NCBI RefSeq assembly: GCF_009914755.1
Contig: NC_060928.1
Reading direction: 5' to 3' (one strand)
Origin: the human T2T-CHM13v2.0 reference genome, Homo sapiens
DNA: 64,000 nucleotides
Each line of letters opens with the position of its first letter. The stretch's first letter is position 1. This document shows, in pieces, positions 29,472 through 44,863 of the stretch. The notes under the pieces are model-generated. The model made no database searches and had not been told where the DNA came from. It saw only the letters and a list, made by a program, of their open reading frames with translations. A program made the translations under genes and the position numbers.

Positions 29472-32400
29472 TTGGGTACTTTCATATTTTACGTACAGTA
29501 TATAATACATACTTTGGGCACTTTGATGTTTTATGTACAGTATATAATACATACTTTGGGTTCTTTGATATGTTATGTACAGCATATAGTACATAATTTG
29601 GGGACTTTTATATTTTATGTACATTATATAATACATACTTTGGGTACTTTTATATTTTATGTACGGTATATAATACATACTTTGGGTACTTTGGTATATT
29701 ATGTACAGTATATAATACATACTTTGGGTACTTTGATATATTATGTACAGTATATAATACATACTTAGGGTATTTTGACATTTTATGTACAGTACATAAT
29801 ACATACTTTGGGTACTTTGATATTTTATGTACAGTATATAATACATACTTTGGGTACTTTGATATTTTATGTACAGTATATAATACATGTTTTGGGTACT
29901 TTTACATTTTATGTACAGTATATAATATATAGTTTGGGTACTTTGATATTTTATGTACGGTATATAATACATACTTTGGGTACTTTGATATTTTATGTAC
30001 AGTATATAATACATACTTTGGGTACTTTGATAATTTATGTACAGTATATAATACATACTTTGGGTACTTTGATATTTAATGTACAGTATATAATACACAC
30101 TTTGCGTACTTTGTTATTTTATGTAAAGTATGTAATACATACTTTGGGTACTTTGATATTTTATGTACAGTATGTAATACACGCTTTGGGTACTTTGATA
30201 TTTTATGTAGAGTATGTAAAACATACATTGGGTAGTTTGTTATTTTATGATCAGTATATAATACATATTTTGGGTACTTTGATATTTTATGTACAGTATA
30301 TAATACATACTTTGGGTACTTTGATATTTTATGTACAGTATATAATGCATAATTTGGGTACTTCAATAGTTTATGCACAGTATATAATACATACTTTGGG
30401 TAATTTGATATTTTATGTACAGTATATAATGCATACTTTGGGTACTTTGATAGTTTATGTACAGTATACAATACATACTTTGGGTACTTTGATATTTTAT
30501 GTACAGTATATAATATGTAGTTTGGGTACTTTGATATTTTAACTACAGTATATAATACATACTTTGGGTACTTTGATATTTTATCTATAGTATATAATAG
30601 ATACTTTGGGTACTTTGATATATTATGTACAGTATATAATACATAGTTTGGTTACTTTGATATTGTTTGTACAGTATGTAAAACATACTTTGGGGAGTTT
30701 GATATTTTATGAACAGTATATAATACACATTTTGGGTACTTTGATATTTTATGTACGGTATATAATACATACTTTGGGTACTTTGATATTTTATGTACAG
30801 TATATAGTTCATACTTTGGGTACTTTGATATTTTATGTACAGTATATAATACATACATTGGGTACTTCGATATTTTATGTGCAGTACCCTATATATAGTT
30901 TGGGTACTTTGATATTTTATGTCCAGTATAAAATAAATAGTTTTGGTACTTTGATATTTTATGTACAGTATATAGTTTGAGTACTTTGATATTTAATGTT
31001 CAGTTTATTATAAATGTTTTGGTGCTTTCATATTTTATATACAGTATATAATACATACTTTGGGCACTTTGATATTTTCTGTACAGTATATAATACATAC
31101 TTTGTGTACTTTGATATTTTATGTACGGTATATAATACATACATTGGGTACTTTGATATTTTATGTAAAGTATATAATATATAGTTTGGTTACTTTGATA
31201 TTTTATATACAGTATATAATATATATTATGTGTACTTTGATATATTATGTACAGTATATAATATATAGTATGGGTTGTTTGATATTTTATGTACAGTATA
31301 TAATATATAGTTTGGGTAGTTTGATATTTTTAGTACAGTATGTAATATATAGTTTGTTTTATTTGATATTTTATGTACAGTATACAATATATAGTATTGG
31401 TACTTTCATATTTCATGTAAAGTATATAGTTTGAGTACTTTGATATTTTATATGCAGTTTATTATAAATGTTTGGGTACCTTCATATTTTATGTACAGTA
31501 TATAATACATACTTTGGGAACTTTTATTTTATGTGCAGTATATAATACATACTTTGGGTACTTTGATATTTCATATACAGTATATAATACACACTTTGGG
31601 TACTTTGATATTTTATGTACAGTATATAATACACACTTTGGGTAGTTTGATATTTTATGTACAGTATATAATACATACTTTGGGTACTTTGATGTATTAT
31701 GTACAGTATATAATACATACTTTGGGTACTTTGATATTTTATGTACAGTATATAATACATACTTTGGGTACTTTGATATTTTATGTACAGTATGTAATAC
31801 ATAATTTGGGTACTTTAATATTTTATGTATAGTATATAATACTTACTTTGGGTACTTTGATATTTTATGGACAGTGTATAATACATACTTTGGGTTCTTT
31901 GATATTTTATTTACAGTATATAACATATAGTTTGGGTACTTTGATATTTTATATACAGTATATAATACATACTTTGGGTACTTTGATATTTTATGTACAG
32001 TATATAATACATACTTTGGGTACTTTGATATTTCATGCACAGTATACAATATATAGTTTGAGTACTTTGATATTTTATGTACTGTATAAAATATATAGTT
32101 TTCGTACTTTGATATTTTATGTACAGTATATAGTTTGAGTACTTTGATATTTTATGTACAGTTTGTTATAAATGTTTGGGTGCTTTCATATTTTATGTAC
32201 AGTATATAATACATACTTTGGGCACTTTGATATCTTATGTACAGTATATAATACATACTTTGGGTTCTCTGATATTTTCTGTACAGTGTATAATACATAA
32301 TTTGGGTACTTTGATATTTTATGTACAGCATATAATACATACGTTGGGTACTTTGATATATTATGTACAGTATATAATACATACTTTGGGTACTTTGATA

Positions 32401-35400
32401 TTTTATGTACAGTATATAATCCATAGTTTGTGTACTTTTATATTTTATGTACAGTATATAATACATACTTTGGGTACTTTGATATTTTATGTACAGTATA
32501 TAATACATACTTTGGGTACTTTCATGTTTTATGTACAGTATATAATATATAGTTTGGGTACTTTGATATTTTATCTACAGCTTATAATACTTACTTTGGG
32601 TAATTTGATATTTTATGTACAGTATATAATACATACTTTGGGTAGTTTGATATTTTATGTACAGTATACAATATATAGTTTGAGTACTTTGATATTTTAT
32701 GTGCAGTATAAAATATATAGTGTTGGTATTTTGATGTTTTATGTACAGTATATATTTTGAGTACTTTGATATTTTGTGTACAGTTTATTATAAATGTTTG
32801 GGTACTTTCATATTTGATGTACAGTATATAATACATAATTTGGGCACTTTGATATTTTATGTACAGTATATAATACATACTTTGGGTACTTTTATATTTT
32901 ATGTACAGTATATAATACATACTCTGGGCACTTTGATATTTAATGTACAGTATATAATACACACTTTGCGTACTTTGATATTTTATGTAACGTATGTAAT
33001 ACATACTTTGCGTAGTTTGATATCTTATGTACAGTATGTAGTACACACTTTGGGTACTTTGATATTTTATGTACAGTATGTAAAACATACTTTGGGTAGT
33101 TTGATATTTTATGATCAGTATATAATACACATTTTGGGTACCTTGATATTTTATGTACAGTATATAATACATACTTTGGGTACTTTGATATTTTATGTAC
33201 AGTATATAATGCATACTTTAGGTACTTTGATAGTTTTTGTACAGTATATAATACATACTTTGGGTACTTTAATATTTTATGTACAGTATATAATACATAG
33301 TTTGGGTACTTTGATATTTTATGTACAGTATATAATACATACTTTGGGTACTTTGATATTTTATCTACAGTGTATAATATATACTTTGGGTACTTTGATA
33401 TATTATGTACAGTATATAATACATACTTTGGGTACTTTGATATTTTATGTACAGTATATAATACATACTTTGGTTACTTTGATATTTTATGTACAGTATA
33501 TAATACATACTTTCGGTACTTTGATATTTTATGTACAGTATATAATATATAGTTTGGGTACTTTGATATTTTATGTACAGTATATAATACATACTTTGTG
33601 TACTTTGATATTTTATGTACAGTATATAATACATACTTTGGGTACTTTGATATTTTATGTACAGTATATAATATATAGTTTGGGTACTTTGATAATTTAT
33701 GTACAGTGTATAACACATACTTTGGGTACTTTGATATTTTATGTACAGTATATAATACATACTTTGGGTACTTTGATATTTTATATACAGTATATAATAC
33801 ATACTTTGGGTACTTTCATATTTCATGTACAGTTTATAATATATAGTTTGGGTACTTTGGTATATTATGTACTGTATATAATACATACTTTGGGTACTTT
33901 GATATTTTATGTACAGTATATAATACATACTTTGGGTACTTTGATATTTTATGTACAGTATACAATATATACTTTGACTACTTTGATATTTTATGTCCAG
34001 TATAGAATATATAGTTTTGGTAGTTTGATATTTTATGTACAGTATGTAGTTTGAGTACATTGATATTTTATGTACACTTTATTATAAATGTTTGGATACT
34101 TTCATATTTTATGTACAGTATATAATACATACTTTGGGCACTTTGATATTTTATGTACAGTATACAATACATACTTTGGGTACTTTGATATTTTATGTAC
34201 AGTATATAATACATAATTTGGGTACTTTGATATTTTATTTACAGTATATAATGCATACTTTGGGTACTTTGATGTTTTATGTACAGTATATAATACATAC
34301 TTAGGGTACTTTGACATTTTATGTGCAGTACATAATACATACTTTGGATACTTTGTTATTTTAAATACAGTATGTAATATATTTTGGGTACTTTGATATT
34401 TTATGTACAGTATATAATACATACTTTGGTACTTTTATATTTCATGTACAGTATATAATATATAGTTTGGGTACTTTGATATTTTATGTACAGTATATAA
34501 TACATAGTTTGGGTATTTTGATATTTTATGTACAGTATATAATACATACTTTGGGTACTTTGATATTTTATGTACAGTATATAATATATAGTTTGGGTAC
34601 TTTGATAATTTATGTGCAGTATATAACACATACTTTCGGTAGTTGGATATTTTATGTACAGTATATAATACATACTTTGGGTACTTCGATATTTGATGTA
34701 CAGTATACTATATATAGTTTGGGTACTTTGATATTTTATGTCGGGTACAAAATAAATAGTTTTGGTACTTAGATATTTTATGTACAGTATATAGTTTGAG
34801 TACTTTGATATTTTATGTACAGTTTATTATTAATGGGTGCTTTCATATTTTATGTAAAGTATATAATACATACTATGGGCACTTTGATATTTTATGTACA
34901 GTATATAATACATACTTTGGGTACTTTGATATTTTATATACACTACATAATACATACTTTGGGTACTTTGATATTTTATGTACAGTACATAATATATAGT
35001 TTGGGTACTTTGATATTGTATGTGCAGTATATAACACATACTTTCGGTACTTGGATATTTTATGTACAGTATATAATACATAATTTGGGTACTTCCATAT
35101 TTTATGTACAGTATGCTATATATACTTTGGGTACTTTGATATTTTATGTCCAGTATAAAATAAAAAGTTTTGGTAATTCGATATTTTATGTACAGTGTAT
35201 CGTTTGAGTACTTTGATATTTAATGTACAGTTTATTATAAATGTTCAGGTGCTTTCATATTTTATGTACAGTATATAATACATACTTTGAGCACTTTGAT
35301 ATTTTATGTACAGTATATAATACATACTTTGGGTAATTTGATATTTTATGTACAGTATATAACACATACATTGGGTACTTTGATATTTTATGTACAGTAT

Positions 35401-35898
35401 ATAATATATAGTTAGGGTACTTTGATATTTTATATACAGTATATAATATATATTATGTGTACTTTGATATATTATGTACAGTATATAATATATAGTTTGG
35501 GTAATTTGATATTTTATGTACAGTATACAATATATAGTATTGGTACTTTGATATTTCATGTAAAGTATATAGTTTGAGTACTTTGATATTTTATATACAG
35601 TTTATTATAAATGTTTGGGTACCTTCCTATTTTATGTAGAGTATATAATATATACTTTGGGAACTTTTATTTTATGTGCAGTATATAATACATACTTTGG
35701 GTACTTTGATATTTTATGTACAGTATATAATACATACTATTGGTACTTTGATATTTTATGTACAGTATACAATATATAGTTTGAGTACTTTGATATTTTA
35801 TGTCCAGTATAAAATATATAGATTTCATACTTTGATATTTTATGTACTGAATGTAGTTTGAGTACTTTGATATTTTATGTACACTTTATTATAAAAGT

Positions 35899-38800
35899 TT
35901 GGGTACTTTCATATTTTACGTACAGTATATAATACATACTTTGGGCACTTTGATGTTTTATGTACAGTATATAATACATACTTTGGGTTCTTTGATATTT
36001 TATGTACAGCATATAATACATAATTTGGGGACTTTTATATTTTATGTACATTATATTATACATACTTTGGGTACTTTTATATTTTATGTACGGTATATAA
36101 TACACACTTTGGGTACTTTGATATATTATGTACAGTATATAATACATACTTTGGGTACTTTGATATATTATGTACAGTATATAATACATACTAAGGGTAC
36201 TTTGACATTTTATGTACAGTACATAATACATACTTTGGGTACTTTGATATTTTATGTACAGTATATAATGCATACTTTGGATACTTTGATATTTTATGTA
36301 CAGTATATAATACATACTTTGGGTACTTTTATATTTTATGTACAGTATATAATATATAGTTTGGGTACTTTGATATTTTATGTGCGGTATATAATACATA
36401 CTTTGGGTACTTTGATATTTTATGTACAGTATATAATACATACTTTGTGTACTCTGATATTTTATGTACAGTATACAATATATAGTTTGAATACTTTGAT
36501 ATTTTATGTACTGTATAAAATATATAGTGTTCGTACTTTGATATTTTATGTACAATATATAGTTTGAGTACTTTGATATTTTATGTACAGTTTTTTATAA
36601 ATGTTTGGGTGCTTTCATATTTTATGTACAGTATATAATACATACAAACGGCACTTTGATATTTTATGTACAGTATATAATACATACTTTGGGTACTCTG
36701 ATATTTTATGTACAGTGTATAATACATACTTTGGGTACTTTGATATTTTATGTACAATATATAATACATACGTTGGTAACTTTGATATATTATGTACAGT
36801 ATATAATACATACTTTGGGTACTTTGATATTTTATCTACAGTATACAACACATAGTTTGTGTACTTTGATATTTTAGGTACACTATATAATACATACTTT
36901 GGGTACTTTGATATTTTATGTACAGTATATAATACATACATTGGGTACTTTCATATTTTATGTACAGTATATAATATATAGTTTGGTTACTTTGATATTT
37001 TATCTACAGCTTATAATACATACTTTGGATACTTTGATACTTTATGTACAGTATATAATACATAATTTGGGTACTTTGTTATTTTATGTACAGTATACAA
37101 TATATAGTTTGAGTACTTTGATATTTTATGTGCAGTATAAAATATATAGTTTTGGTACTTTCATATTTTATGTACAGTATATAGTTTGAGTACTTTGATA
37201 TTTTATGTACAGTTTTTTATAAATGTTTGGGTGCTTTCATATTTTATGTACAGTATATAATACATACTAAGGGCACTTTGATATTTTATGTACAGTATAT
37301 AATACATACCTGGGGTACTTTGATATTTTATGTACAGTATATAATACATAGTTTGGGTATTTTGATATTTTATGTACAGTATATAATACATACTTTGGGT
37401 ACTTTGATATTTTATGTACAGTATATAATACATACTTTGGGAACTTTGATATTTTATGTACAGTATGTAGAACATACTTTGGGTACTTTGATATTTTATG
37501 TACAGGATATAATGCATACTTTGGGTACTTTGATAGTTTATGTACAGTATATAATACATACTTTGGGTACTTTGATATTTTATGTATAGTATAAAATATA
37601 TAGTTTGGGTACTTTGATATTTTATGTACAGTATGTAAAACATACTTTGGGGAGTTTGATATTTTATGTACAGTATGTAAAACATACTTTGGGGAGTTTG
37701 ATATTTTATGAACAGTATATAATACACATTTTGTGTACTTTGATATTTTATGTAAAGTATATAATACATACTTTGGGTACTTTGATATTTTATGTACAGT
37801 ATATATTACATACTTTGGGTACTTTGATATTTTACGTACAGTATACAATATATAGTTTGAGTACTTTGATATTTTATGTACTGTATAAAATATATAGTTT
37901 TGGTACTTTGATATTTTATGTACAGTATATAGTTTGAGTACTTTGATATTTTATGTACAGTTTGTTATAAATGTTTGGGTGCTTTCATATTTTATGTACT
38001 GTATATAATACATGCTTTGGGCACTTTGATATTTTATGTACAGTATATAATACATACTTTGGGTACTCTGATATTTTATGTACAGTGTATAATACATACT
38101 TTGGGTACTTTGATATTTTATGTACAGTATATAATACATACATTGGGTACTTTGATATATTATGTACAGTATATAATACTTACTTGGGGTACTTTGATAT
38201 TTTATGTACAGTATATAATACATAGTTTGTGTACTTTGATATTTTATGTACAGTATGTAGTACACACTTTGGGTACTTTGATATTTTATGTACAGTATAT
38301 AATACATACTTTGGGTATCTTGATATTTTATGTACAGTATATAATGCATACTTTGCGTCCTTTGATATTTTATGTACAGTATATAATGCATACTTTGGGT
38401 ACTTTGATATTTCATGTACAGTATGTAATACATACCTTGGGTACTTTGATATTTTATGTATAGTATATAATACATACTTTGTGTAGTTTGATATTTTATG
38501 TACAGTATACAATATATAGTTTGAGTACTTTGTTATTTTATGTGCAGTATAAAATATATAGTTTTCGTAATTGATATTTTATGTACACAATATAGTTTGA
38601 GTACTTTGATATTTTATGTACACTTTATTATAAATGTTTGGGTACTTTCATATTTTATGTACAGTATATAATACATACTTTGGTCTCTTTGATGTTTTAT
38701 GTACAGTATATAATACATACTTTGGGTTCTTTGATATTTTATGTACAGAATATAATGCATAGTTTTAGGTACTTTTATATTTTATGTAAAGTATATAATA

Positions 38801-40420
38801 CATACTTTGGGTACTTTGATATTTTATGTACAGTATATAATACATACTTTGGGAACTTTGATATTTTATGTACAGTATGTAATACATACTTTGGGTACTT
38901 TGATATTTTATGTACAGTATATAATACATACTATTGGTACTTTGATATTTTATGTACAGTATACAATATATAGTTTGAGGACTTTGATATTTTATGTCCA
39001 GTATAAAATATATAGATTTCATACTTTGATATTTTATGTACTGAATGTAGTTTGAGTACTTTGATATTTTATGTACACTTTAATATAAAAGTTTGGGTAC
39101 TTTCATATTTTACGTACAGTATATAATACATACTTTGGGCACTTTGATGTTTTATGTACAGTATATAATACATACTTTGGGTTCTTTGATATTTTATGTA
39201 CAGCATATAATACATAATTTGGGGACTTTTATATTTTATGTACATTATATTATACATACTTTGGGTACTTTTATATTTTATGTACGGTATATAATACACA
39301 CTTTGGGTACTTTGATATTTTATGTACAGTATATAATACATACTTTGGGTACTTTGATATATTATGTACAGTATATAATACATACTAAGGGTACTTTGAC
39401 ATTTTATGTACAGTACATAATACATACTTTGGGTACTTTGATATTTTATGTACAGTATGTAATGCATACTTTGGATACTTTGATATTTTATGTACAGTAT
39501 ATAATACATACTTTGGGTACTTTTATATTTTATGTACAGTATATAATATATAGTTTGGGTACTTTGATATTTTATGTACGGTATATAATACATACTTTGG
39601 GTACTTTGATATTTTATGTACAGTATATAATACATACTTTGGGTACTCTGATATTTTATGTACCGTATACAATATATAGTTTGAGTACTTTGATATTTTA
39701 TGTACTGTATAAAATATATAGTTTTCGTACTTTGATATTTTATGTACAGTATATAGTTTGAGTACTTTGATATTTTATGTACAGTTTTTTATAAATGTTT
39801 GGGTGCTTTCATATTTTATGTACAGTATATAATACATACAAAGGGCACTTTGTTATTTTATGTACAGTATATAATACATACTTTGGGTACTCTGATATTT
39901 TATGTACAGTGTATAATACATACTTTGGGTACTTTGATATTTTATGTACAATATATAATACATACGTTGGGAACTTTGATATATTATGTACAGTATATAA
40001 TACATACTTTGGGTACTTTGATATTTTATCTACAGTATACAACACATAGTTTGTGTACTTTGATATTTTAGGTACAGTATATAATACATACTTTGGGTAC
40101 TTTGATATTTTATGTACAGTATATAATACATACTTTGGGTACTTTCATATTTTATGTACAGTATATAATACATAGTTTGGTTACTTTGATATTTTATCTA
40201 CAGCTTATAATACATACTTTGGATACTTTGATACTTTATGTACAGTATATAATACATAATTTGGGTACTTTGTTATTTTATGTACAGTATACAATATATA
40301 GTTTGAGTACTTTGATATTTTATGTGCAGTATAAAATATATAGTTTTGGTACTTTCATATTTTATGTACAGTATATAGTTTGAGTACTTTGATATTTTAT
40401 GTACAGTTTTTTATAAATGT
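35899..40420 (+). repeat. 3194-bp second-family unit (cassettes 706+622+748+663+455) followed by a partial second copy
   Basis: Starts at 35899, 36605, 37227, 37975, 38638, then 39093 and 39799 (+3194). Confidence 0.8.
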
Positions 40421-43400
40421 TTGGGTGCTTTCATATTTTATATACAGTATATAATACATACTTTGGGCACTTTGATATTTTCTGTACAGTATATAATACA
40501 TACTTTGGGTACTTTGATATTTTATGTATGGTATATAATACATACATTGGGTACTTTGATATTTTATGTACAGTATATAATATATAGTTTGGTTACTTTG
40601 ATATTTTATATACAGTATATAATATATATTATGTGTACTTTGATATATTATGTACAGTATATAATATATAGTATGGGTTGTTTGATATTTTATGTACAGT
40701 ATATAATATATAGTTTGGGTAGTTTGATATTTTTAGTACAGTATGTAATATATAGTTTGTTTTATTTGGTATTTTATGTACAGTATACAATATATAGTAT
40801 TGGTACTTTGATATTTCATGTAAAGTATATAGTTTGAGTACTTTGATATTTTATATGCAGTTTATTATAAATGTTTGGGTACCTTCATATTTTATGTACA
40901 GTATATAATACATACTTTGGGAACTTTTATTTTATGTGCAGTATATAATACATACTTTGGGTACTTTGATATTTCATGTACAGTATATAATACACACTTT
41001 GGGTACTTTGATATTTTATGTACAGTATATAATACACACTTTGGGTAGTTTGATATTTTATGTACAGTATATAATACATACTTTGGGTACTTTGATGTAT
41101 TATGTACAGTATATAATACATACTTTGGGTACTTTGATATTTTATGTACAGTATATAATACATACTTTGGGTACTTTGATATTTTATGTACAGTATGTAA
41201 TACACACTTTGGGTACTTTGATATTTTATGTACAGTATGTAAAACATACTTTGGGTAGTTTGATATATTATGTACAGTATATAATACATACTTTGGGTAC
41301 TCTGATATTTTATGTACAGTGTATAATACATACTTTGGGTACTTTGATATTTTATGTACAGTATATAATACATACATTGGGTACTTTGATATATTATGTA
41401 CAGTATATAATACTTACTTGGGGTATCTTGATATTTTATGTACAGTATATAATGCATACTTTGGGTACTTTGATATTTTATGTAAAGTATATAACGCATA
41501 CTTTGAGTACTTTGATATTTTATGTACAGTATGTAATACATACTTTGGGTACTTTGATATTTTATGTACAGTATATAATACATACTTTGTGTAGTTTGAT
41601 ATTTTATGTACAGTATACAATATATAGTTTGAGTACTTTGATATTTTATGTCCAGTATAAAATATATAGTTTTCCTAATTGATATTTTATGTACAGAATA
41701 TAGTTTGAGTACTTTGATATTTTATGTACACTTTATTATAAATGTTTGGGTACTTTCATATTTTATGTACAGTATATAATACATACTTTGGTCTCTTTGA
41801 TGTTTTATGTACAGTATATAATACATACTTTGGGTTCTTTGATATTTTATGTGCAGAATATAATGCATAGTTTTAGGTACTTTTATATTTTATGTACAGT
41901 ATATAATACATACTTTGGGTACTTTGATATTTTATGTACAGTATATAATACATACTTTGGGTACTTTGATATTTTATGTACAGTATATAATACATATTAT
42001 TGGTACTTTGATATTTTATGTACAGTATACAATATATAGTTTGAGTACTTTGATATTTTATGTCCAGTATAAAATACATAGATTTCATACTTTGATATTT
42101 TATGTACAGAATATAGTTTGAGTACTTTGATATTTTATGTACACTTTATCATAAAAGTTTGGGTACTTTCATATTTTACGTACAGTATATAATACATACT
42201 TTGGGCACTTTGATGTTTTATGTACAGTATATAATACATACTTTGGGTTCTTTGATATGTTATGTACAGCATATAGTACATAATTTGGGGACTTTTATAT
42301 TTTATGTACATTATATAATACATACTTTGGGTACTTTTATATTTTATGTACGGTATATAATACATACTTTGGGTACTTTGATATATTATGTACAGTATAT
42401 AATACATACTTTGGGTACTTTGATATATTATGTACAGTACATAATACATACTTAGGGTACTTTGACATTTTATGTACAGTACATAATACATACTTTGGGT
42501 ACTTTGATATTTTATGTACAGTATATAATACATACTTTGGGTACTTTGATATTTTATGTACAGTATATAATTCATGTTTTGGGTACTTTTACATTTTATG
42601 TACAGTATATAATATATAGTTTGGGTACTTTGATATTTTATGTACGGTATATAATACATACTTTGGGTACTTTGATATTTTATGTACAGTATATAATACA
42701 TACTTTGGGTACTTTGATAATTTATGTACAGTATATAATACATACTTTGGGTACTTTGATATTTAATGTACAGTATATAATACACACTTTGCATACTTTG
42801 ATATTTTATGTAAAGTATGTAATACATACTTTGGGTACTTTGATATTTTATGTACAGTATATAATACACGCTTTGGGTACTTTGATATTTTATGTAGAGT
42901 ATGTAAAACATACTTTGGGTAGTTTGTTATTTTATGATCAGTATATAATACATATTTTGGGTACTTTGATATTTTATGTACAGTATATAATACATACTTT
43001 GGGTACTTTGATATTTTATGTACAGTATATAATGCATAATTTGGGTACTTCAATAGTTTATGCACAGTATATAATACATACTTTGGGTAATTTGATATTT
43101 TATGTACAGTATATAATGCATACTTTGGGTACTTTGATAGTTTATGTACAGTATACAATACATACTTTGGGTACTTTGATATTTTATGTACAGTATATAA
43201 TATGTAGTTTGGGTACTTTGATATTTTATTTACAGCTTATAATACATACTTTGGATACTTTGATACTTTATGTACAGTATATAATACATAATTTGGGTAC
43301 TTTGTTATTTTATGTACAGTATACAATATATAGTTTGAGTACTTTGATATTTTATGTGCAGTATAAAATATATAGTTTTGGTACTTTCATATTTTATGTA

Positions 43401-43452
43401 CAGTATATAGTTTGAGTACTTTGATATTTTATGTACAGTTTTTTATAAATGT
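40421..43452 (+). repeat. 3032-bp block of left-domain HOR type (C-D-A-B head) embedded in the 3194-family region
   Basis: C 40421, D 40875, A 41746 and B 42159 have the same spacing as the 3284 HOR. The 3194-family order resumes at 43453 (offset +6226 from 37227). Confidence 0.8.
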
Positions 43453-44863
43453 TTGGGTGCTTTCATATTTTATGTACAGTATATAATACATACTAAGGGC
43501 ACTTTGATATTTTATGTACAGTATATAATACATACCTTGGGTACTTTGATATTTTATGTACAGTATATAATATATAGTTTGGGTATTTTGATATTTTATG
43601 TACAGTATATAATACATATTTTGGGTACTTTGATATTGTATGTACAGTATATAATACATACTTTGGGAACTTTGATATTTTATGTACAGTATGTAGAACA
43701 TACTTTGGGTACTTTGATATTTTATGTACAGGATATAATGCATACTTTGGGTACTTTGATAGTTTATGTACAGTATATAATACATACTTTGGGTACTTTG
43801 ATATTTTATGTATAGTATAAAATATATAGTTTGGGTACTTTGATATTTTATGTACAGTATGTAAAACATACTTTGGGGAGTTTGATATTTTATGTACAGT
43901 ATGTAAAACATACTTTGGGGAGTTTGATATTTTATGAACAGTATATAATACACATTTTGTGTACTTTGATATTTTATGTAAAGTATATAATACATACTTT
44001 GGGTACTTTGATATTTTATGTACAGTATATATTACATACTTTGGGTACTTTGATATTTTATGTACAGTATACAATATATAGTTTGAGTACTTTGATATTT
44101 TATGTACTGTATAAAATATATAGTTTTGGTACTTTGATATTTTATGTACAGTATATAGTTTGAGTACTTTGATATTTTATGTACAGTTTGTTATAAATAT
44201 TTTGGTGCTTTCATATTTTATGTACTGTATATAATACATGCTTTGGGCACTTTGATATTTTATGTACAGTATATAATACATACTTTGGGTACTCTGATAT
44301 TTTATGTACAGTGTATAATACATACTTTGGGTACTTTGATATTTTATGTACAGTATATAATACATACATTGGGTACTTTTATATATTATGTACAGTATAT
44401 AATACTTACTTGGGGTACTTTGATATTTTATGTACATTATATAATACATAGTTTGTGTACTTTGATATTTTATCTACAGTATGTAGTACACACTTTGGGT
44501 ACTTTGATATTTTATGTACAGTATATAATACATACTTTGGGTATCTTGATATTTTATGTACAGTATATAATGCATACTTTGCGTCCTTTGATATTTTATG
44601 TACAGTATATAATGCATACTTTGGGTACTTTGATATTTCATGTACAGTATGTAATACATACTTTGGGTACTTTGATATTTTATGTATAGTATATAATACA
44701 TACTTTGTGTAGTTTGATATTTTATGTACAGTATACAATATATAGTTTGAGTACTTTGTTATTTTATGTGCAGTATAAAATATATAGTTTTCGTAATTGA
44801 TATTTTATGTACAGAATATAGTTTGAGTACTTTGATATTTTATGTACAATTTATTATAAATGT

